From: Gemmatimonadota bacterium | GTDB lineage: Bacteria; Latescibacterota; UBA2968; UBA8231 | NCBI GenBank assembly: GCA_038153405.1 | Contig: JAYOYH010000027.1 | Coordinates: forward strand, 1 to 58,816 | DNA length: 58,816 nt | Direction of reading: 5' to 3' | The notes under the pieces: model-generated | What the model was told of the DNA's origin: nothing | The model's database searches: none | What the model saw: the letters and a program-made list of their open reading frames with translations, nothing else | Made by a program: the position numbers and the translations under genes | Shown here: piece after piece, positions 50,666 to 58,816 of the stretch | Numbering within the stretch: position 1 is the first letter of the stretch | Layout: the number at the start of each line of letters is the position of its first letter

Positions 50666-51275
50666 TCAGCTGCACTCTCCTTCGTTTGTTTTAGTAACCC
50701 ATCGGAAACCGCTTACTTCTGTCATTGTGTCAGTGGATAACTATCCACACACTCTGGCGCGATAGATGTGGATAAGTTGTCCACGTTTTAGAATCGCTTT
50801 ATTCGCGTGCCGTAGCTGTTGATATATGGGGCTTTTACCTCTCTTATGCACATGGTTTTTGCGGTTTATTGGATTGTGCGCAGTATGGATAAAAATCAAT
50901 TAAAAACAACACCGTATCTTGTATATTGCCCCCGCCTTGACACCCACTTACCAACATATCAACAATCCAACTAGAACAAGAACTAGAACAAGAACACAAT
51001 TATGTGTATACTCTCTATACTACTTTGTGTGGATTTCTGAATGTGACGATACACATTCACTGCCGATAGATATACACACCTACACAAAAATTCACTACTT
51101 GCCGTCCTTTTCCTTTGCGTTCCCGTAATATTCCATAATTTTATTTAAAACAGTAACTTATGTTTAATTTAAAATTGCCTTAATAAATCATCCGTGTACT
51201 ATATAATATAGTCTTGACAGACCCCAATGCGTTTGTTAGTTTAGCATGTATACCCTCAAGCTAAGCAACCGACCT
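50666..51275. other. Probable oriC (dnaA-dnaN intergenic region)
   Basis: Consensus DnaA boxes TGTGGATAA 50767 and TTATGCACA 50844; near-matches at 50732, 50741, 50777, 50884 and 51003; AT-rich tract ~51135-51188 containing an IHF-like AAACAGTAACTTA. Confidence 0.85.
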
Positions 51276-52436
51276 ATGAGACTAACTGTAAATCGAAACG
51301 AACTCTGGCAAGGCATAGATACTGTTTTGGATGCCGTTCCCTCAAAACCCGCCTTGCCCGTGCTGTCCAATATTATGCTCGTTGCCGAAGGCGCGACGCT
51401 CTCTCTTTCGGCTACAGATCTGGACCTTTCCATACGGACCCAAGTGCCTGCCTCTGTAGAAGAGGGAGGGCAAATTACCGTGCCGGCGCGGACGTTTGCA
51501 GAAATTGCAAGGGAGTGGCCGGAAGCCGAACTGAGCATTGTGGTCGATAATGACCGCCTGCGCCTTTCGGGCAATCTTGGAGCCGCCGAAAGCGGGGAAG
51601 GCGCCTACAGCCTCTCGGGTATGGCCGCCGAAGAGTTTCCCATCATGCCGTCTTCTCTCGACGGCGTCAGCATTTCTCTTGGCGAATCAGACGAGCTAGA
51701 TGCCCACGTTCTGCTCGAGATGATTAACAAGACGTCTTTTGCCGTCTCGAAAGACGATACACGGCCCGTCCTCAACGGCGTGCTGTGGCGCATAGACGCT
51801 GAAGGCATGGAAATGGTCGCAACTGACGGCTCGCGCTTGGCGTGCTGCCGGCGCGCCCTACCGCTGCAAGTCGGTGCGGAAGACGAAGCGGGTGTGATCG
51901 TTCCCCCACAGGCACTGCAGCAAATGAGCAAGCTTCTTTCGGGTTACCGGGGCACTGTGCAAGTTACGCTGGGCGAGACGCAGCTGTTTCTCAGCACGGA
52001 TAGCACCCATTTGCTGTCTCGCCTCATAGAAGGGCCCTACGTCGACTACGCACAGGTGATACCCAAGGACAACGACAAAAACTTGCGCGTGGTGAATGAT
52101 CGATTGCTTCCCGCCGTGCGCCGGGTCTCCATACTGTCTAGCTCATATACGCGCCAGGTTCGCATTGCCTTAAAGGGCGATGTCATCGAACTCTCGGCGG
52201 CTAGCCCAGAAATCGGCGGAGAGGCGCGCGAGGTCATACCCGCATCGTATGACGGCGAAGAAATGGAGATAGGCTACAACGCGCAGTTCTTGATGGAAAT
52301 ACTGCGCAAAATGGATGCAGAGTCGGTGCGCTTTGAGCTGAATAACAACGTCACTGCAGCCCTACTGAAGCCAGACGAAGCGCGCGAGGGAGAGGAATAC
52401 TTCTACTTACTGATGCCCCTGCGTCCAACCGGATGA
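51276..52436 (+). CDS. dnaN: DNA polymerase III beta sliding clamp
   Basis: PVLSNI, ATDLD, TRPVLNG, ATDGSRL, SRLIEG, LLMPLR motifs. Confidence 0.98.
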   Translation: MRLTVNRNELWQGIDTVLDAVPSKPALPVLSNIMLVAEGATLSLSATDLDLSIRTQVPASVEEGGQITVPARTFAEIAREWPEAELSIVVDNDRLRLSGNLGAAESGEGAYSLSGMAAEEFPIMPSSLDGVSISLGESDELDAHVLLEMINKTSFAVSKDDTRPVLNGVLWRIDAEGMEMVATDGSRLACCRRALPLQVGAEDEAGVIVPPQALQQMSKLLSGYRGTVQVTLGETQLFLSTDSTHLLSRLIEGPYVDYAQVIPKDNDKNLRVVNDRLLPAVRRVSILSSSYTRQVRIALKGDVIELSAASPEIGGEAREVIPASYDGEEMEIGYNAQFLMEILRKMDAESVRFELNNNVTAALLKPDEAREGEEYFYLLMPLRPTG

Positions 52437-52449
52437 GGCCAACAGCCCA

Positions 52450-53515
52450 GTGCGCCTCCTCGAGCTATGGCTCAGACCGTATCGCAACTTCGCCTCTTTC
52501 CATCTGTGCTTTGGGGCATCGCACACACTTCTCTTTGGCCCCAATGGCCGCGGTAAGAGCAATATTCTCGAGGCGATATCGTACCTCTCGATCGGCAAGT
52601 CAGTGCGCGGCACCAAAGATGCCTATGCCGTGCCCCACAATGGCGACTACTTCGATGTCCGGGGTCTGTACGACAGCGGTAGCCAAGCGCAAAAAATGCG
52701 CGTTTTCTTTGGAAAGAAAGAAGGCAAAAAGGCGTTTTTGAACGAAAATCCCCTACCTCGGGTTGCCGATATACTGGGGCATTTTCGCACGGTTCATTTT
52801 TCCCCTGAAGATGTATCGCTCGTACTGCGCTTTCCAGCACAGCGCCGGCGCATGCTAGACATACTGCTATCTCAGTCCTGCTCGGCCTATTTGCGCGACC
52901 TGCAAGTTTACCAGCGGGTGCTGCAGCAGAGAAACTACCTTCTCCGTTCGGCAAAAAAAGATCCTCGTTCGGTGTTAAGCGCCGAGGTGTTGGGGCCTTG
53001 GGACGAACAAATAGTCGAATTGGGGTCGCAAATTCGACGCGCCCGGCTCGACGCGCTGGCGATCTTGCAGGATCCGTTCAGCAGCTATTACGGCCGTTTT
53101 TCTCCCGGTGGGGAAGAAGCGGAGATAAAGTATAAGGGGCCGCGAAGAAAGGACGTAGAAGACAGCTTAGAGCAAACATTGCGCGACGAGTTGCTACACA
53201 AGCGCAATCAGGAGCTGCAAATGGGCCATACGCTCTGTGGTCCGCACCGCGACGACCTGTCTTTCGATCTGAACGGACAGCCCGCAGAGCTATATGCATC
53301 AGAGGGACAGTTAAAGACCATACTGATCTCTTGGAAGTTGGCGGAGTGGCATTTTATAGCGCAGCGCTGTAACCAACAGCCGGTCGTTCTGCTCGACGAT
53401 GTATTTTCCGAACTCGACCAGGCGCGCACAGGGGTTTTACTAGAAGTGGTGGGTGAGTTTGGCCAGGTGGTCATCACCGCACCGCGGGAATTCGACGTCA
53501 TACCAGCGGGCAGAT

Positions 53516-53541
<26 letters not shown>
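52450..53541 (+). CDS. recF: DNA replication/repair protein RecF
   Basis: YRNF, GPNGRGKSNILEAI, GPHRDDL, SEGQ, LLDDVFSELD motifs. Confidence 0.97.
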
Positions 53542-55848
<2,307 letters not shown>

Positions 55849-55884
55849 AAACGCCCTCTACTTTACGGAGAAAAGAATCGGCTT

Positions 55885-58485
55885 ATGCTGGAACAAAAAG
55901 ACCCCCGCATTGTCCCGGTTAGAATAGAGGAAGAGCTCAAGACGTCCTTCTTGGACTATTCCATGAGCGTGATTATGGCGCGCGCGCTGCCCGATGTGCG
56001 CGACGGACTCAAGCCGTCACAGCGCCGCATTCTCGTCTCGATGGACGACCTCAGCTTGGCACCCAACCGCGGCTTTCGCAAATGCGCCAAAATAGCGGGC
56101 GATACATCAGGCAACTACCATCCGCACGGCGAAGCCATCGTCTATCCGACGCTGGTGCACATGGCGCAGCCCTTTCGCATGCGCTATCCGCTGGTCGACG
56201 GGCAGGGCAACTTCGGTTCTATCGATGGCTACCCGCCGGCGGCCATGCGCTATACGGAGGCGCGCATGAGCTGGGCGGCGACCGAGCTATTGGGCGACCT
56301 GGATAAAGATACCGTCGACTACATGGGCAACTACGACGATACGCAGAAAGAGCCTACCGTCCTGCCGTCGAAATTTCCCAACTTGATCTGCAATGGCTCC
56401 ATGGGCATCGCCGTTGGTATGGCGACTAAAATTCCCCCGCACAATATCCGCGAGGTGGCCGCTGGCCTGAGGGTGCTAATCGACAATCCGGACGCCGAAA
56501 TATCCGATCTGGTCGAACATATCAAAGCACCTGATTTTCCCACCGGCGGCGTTATCTACGGCATGAGCGGTGTGCAGCAGGCCTATCGGACAGGGCGCGG
56601 CATCGTGCACGTGCGCGCGCGCGCTGAAGTCGAGACGCTCGGCAACGGTCGCGAGAACATCGTCGTCACCGAAATACCCTTCTTGGTCAACAAGTCGACG
56701 CTGTTGGAAAAAATCGCCGACTTAGTGCGGGACAAAACCATTGACGGCTTGACCAACATACGCGACGAATCGGGTCGCAAGGGTATGCGCATCGTATTCG
56801 AAGTAAAGCGCGATGCCCAGGCCGAGGTCGTGCTCAACCAGCTCTACCAGCACAGCATGCTGCAGAGCACCTACGGCGTGATGATGTTGGCCATCGTCAA
56901 GGGTCGACCGGAGCTGCTCAATCTCAAGCAAATGCTCCAGCACTACATCGACCACCGCCACGAGGTCATCCTGCGCCGCACCCGCTTTGAACTGGACAAA
57001 GCCGAGGCGCGCGCGCACGTGCTGGCGGGTTTGCGCTTTGCCCTCGACCACATAGACTGGGTCATCAATACGATCCGTTCGTCGGCTAGCCCCGACGAGG
57101 CCAAGCAGCGCCTGATGGAGGGCGCGTCGCTGGACGTCGCCGAGTTTTCCGGCGTCAGCGGTCAGGAGGGTCTCGTCCTGAGCGAAGTGCAAGCGCAGGC
57201 CATTCTCAGCATGCCGCTGCAGCGGCTGACCGGCTTGGAGCGCGACAAGATCGACGGTGAGTTTAACGAACTGCAGAAGACCGTCGCCAGTCTGCGCGAG
57301 ATCCTCGAAAATCGCGCTCGCCAGATGCAGATCATCAAGGACGAACTCGACGAGATGGTCAATCGCTTTGGCGACGAGCGCCGCACGGAGATCGTCTACG
57401 CCGCCGAAGAGTTTGATATCGAAGACCTGATCGCCGAAGAGGATATGGTCGTTACCATCTCGCACGAGGGGTATATCAAGCGCATGTCGCCGCGCGCTTA
57501 CCGCGTGCAGAATCGCGGCGGTCGCGGCGTTACGGGTATGAAGACCAAAGAAGAGGACTTTGTCGAACACCTCTTCGTGGCTTCTACGCACTCCTATCTG
57601 ATGTTTCTCACCTCAAAAGGCAAGTGCTACTGGCTCAAGGTCTACCGCATACCCGAAGGCGAACGCGCTTCGCGCGGTCGACCGCTGGTCAACCTGCTGC
57701 AGATTGGTCCGGACGACCAGATTTGCGCAATTGTCTCCCTGCGCGAATTCAGTGAGCAACAGTATCTCTTTACGGCAACGCGACGGGGGATCGTGAAGAA
57801 GACCGTGCTATCGGCCTACCAGAACATTCGCCGCGACGGCATAATCGCACTGAAGATCCAGGACGACGACGATCTGATCGGTGCCGCTATCATCGAAGAG
57901 GATCAGGATATCACGCTAATAACGCGCAACGGCCGCTCCATGCGCTTTAACGAAGACGAGGTGCGACCGATGGGCCGCGTCTCCACGGGCGTAAAGGGCA
58001 TCGGTCTGCGTGCCGATGACGAAGTCGTCGATATGGTCGTTGTCAGCCATGCCGGTAGCCAGTTGTTTACCCTGTGCGAAAACGGCTATGGCAAGCGCAC
58101 GGAGCAGGACGAATATCCGCGTAAGCACCGCGGTGGAATGGGCGTTTTAGATATCAAGACGACGGATCGCAACGGTCCAGTGGTCGCCTGCAAAGAAGTT
58201 CTGGAAGAAGACGAAGTCATGATCGTCACCCAGAACGGCGTGTTGATTCGCACGCAGGTTGGCGGCATATCCACCGTAGGGCGCAATACGCAGGGCGTGC
58301 GCGTGATCAACCTCGATGCAGGCGATCGCGTCATCGATATGACGAGAGTGCCCAAGGGCGACGAAGAAGAGGTAGAGGGCGAGGAAGTCGCCGTTTCGGA
58401 CAACGGTGAATCGCCGATAACTGGCGAAGCGGATGACGCGCAAGATGGGGGTCAGGCTCCTTCCGAGGAGGGGGAAGAGGGTTGA
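55885..58485 (+). CDS. gyrA: DNA gyrase subunit A
   Basis: ALPDVRDGLKP, YHPHG, AAMRYTE and the GyrA-box QNRGGRG. Confidence 0.98.
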   Translation: MLEQKDPRIVPVRIEEELKTSFLDYSMSVIMARALPDVRDGLKPSQRRILVSMDDLSLAPNRGFRKCAKIAGDTSGNYHPHGEAIVYPTLVHMAQPFRMRYPLVDGQGNFGSIDGYPPAAMRYTEARMSWAATELLGDLDKDTVDYMGNYDDTQKEPTVLPSKFPNLICNGSMGIAVGMATKIPPHNIREVAAGLRVLIDNPDAEISDLVEHIKAPDFPTGGVIYGMSGVQQAYRTGRGIVHVRARAEVETLGNGRENIVVTEIPFLVNKSTLLEKIADLVRDKTIDGLTNIRDESGRKGMRIVFEVKRDAQAEVVLNQLYQHSMLQSTYGVMMLAIVKGRPELLNLKQMLQHYIDHRHEVILRRTRFELDKAEARAHVLAGLRFALDHIDWVINTIRSSASPDEAKQRLMEGASLDVAEFSGVSGQEGLVLSEVQAQAILSMPLQRLTGLERDKIDGEFNELQKTVASLREILENRARQMQIIKDELDEMVNRFGDERRTEIVYAAEEFDIEDLIAEEDMVVTISHEGYIKRMSPRAYRVQNRGGRGVTGMKTKEEDFVEHLFVASTHSYLMFLTSKGKCYWLKVYRIPEGERASRGRPLVNLLQIGPDDQICAIVSLREFSEQQYLFTATRRGIVKKTVLSAYQNIRRDGIIALKIQDDDDLIGAAIIEEDQDITLITRNGRSMRFNEDEVRPMGRVSTGVKGIGLRADDEVVDMVVVSHAGSQLFTLCENGYGKRTEQDEYPRKHRGGMGVLDIKTTDRNGPVVACKEVLEEDEVMIVTQNGVLIRTQVGGISTVGRNTQGVRVINLDAGDRVIDMTRVPKGDEEEVEGEEVAVSDNGESPITGEADDAQDGGQAPSEEGEEG

Positions 58486-58510
58486 CCTAAAAAAGTGGCG
58501 CTTTTATATT
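58482..58510 (+). promoter_or_regulatory. Putative sigma70 promoter of the tRNA cluster
   Basis: TTGACC-17 nt-TATATT overlapping the gyrA stop. Confidence 0.6.
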
Positions 58511-58525
58511 TACCTGCTGCTAAAT

Positions 58526-58608
58526 GGAGGGTACGCGAATGGTTAGCAACCGGTCTTGAAAACCGGGGTCCGTAAGGATTGGGGGTTCGAATCCCCTGCC
58601 CTCCGCCA
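58526..58608 (+). tRNA. tRNA-Ser(UGA)
   Basis: Anticodon arm CCGGT-CT TGA AA-ACCGG, long variable arm, GGTTCGAATCC, G73-CCA. Confidence 0.9.
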
Positions 58609-58634
58609 GATTATAGAGAAAATAAAAAGGCCAT

Positions 58635-58727
<93 letters not shown>

Positions 58728-58737
58728 GTTGTCACGT

Positions 58738-58813
58738 TGCCCCCTAGCACAATTGGAAGTGCGCCTGACTCTGGATCAGGAGGTTCTAGGTTCGAGCCCT
58801 AGGGGGGCAGCCA
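58738..58813 (+). tRNA. tRNA-Gln(CUG)
   Basis: TGCCCCC/GGGGGCA acceptor, CCTGA-CT CTG GA-TCAGG anticodon arm, CCA. Confidence 0.97.
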
Positions 58814-58816
58814 CTA

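Noticed and set aside
50919..51128. 69-aa ORF with TRTRTR inside the dnaA-dnaN gap
   Set aside because: Low-complexity by-product of the oriC repeat; TTG start with no RBS.

Overview
Chromosomal replication-origin region of a GC-rich diderm bacterium. Gene families suggest an FCB-group lineage such as Latescibacterota or Gemmatimonadota, but this is inference only. No mobile element, CRISPR array or rRNA was seen. Left to right: (1) a minus-strand ispE-tRNA-Gln-rplY-pth-hppA-rpsF' block lacking prs; (2) a plus-strand run of a 1222-aa TPR protein, Crp, a sigma54 activator, DegP, an M24 peptidase and a methyltransferase; (3) a 9-gene variant System I cytochrome c maturation operon with a CxxxY CcmE, a 5-Cys CcmH-like protein and two accessory genes; (4) tandem DUF151-UVR genes; (5) an orphan ZAS anti-sigma factor; (6) an XRE regulator divergent from an ORF-free, highly base-paired ~275-nt promoter-to-terminator unit, the best novel ncRNA candidate; (7) two glycosyltransferases, a dihaem cytochrome c and a CPBP protease; (8) two different succinate dehydrogenase operons flanking sucCD; (9) rpmA-rplU and an RNase E/G gene with a ~510-nt hairpin-tiled leader; (10) ctpA-tmk-CDP-alcohol transferase, a second DnaA-box cluster, rsmG, two parS sites and mnmE-yidC-yidD-rnpA-rpmH; (11) dnaA-oriC-dnaN-recF-dciA-gyrB-gyrA and three tRNAs. 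All calls come from motif recognition by eye; no searches were run.
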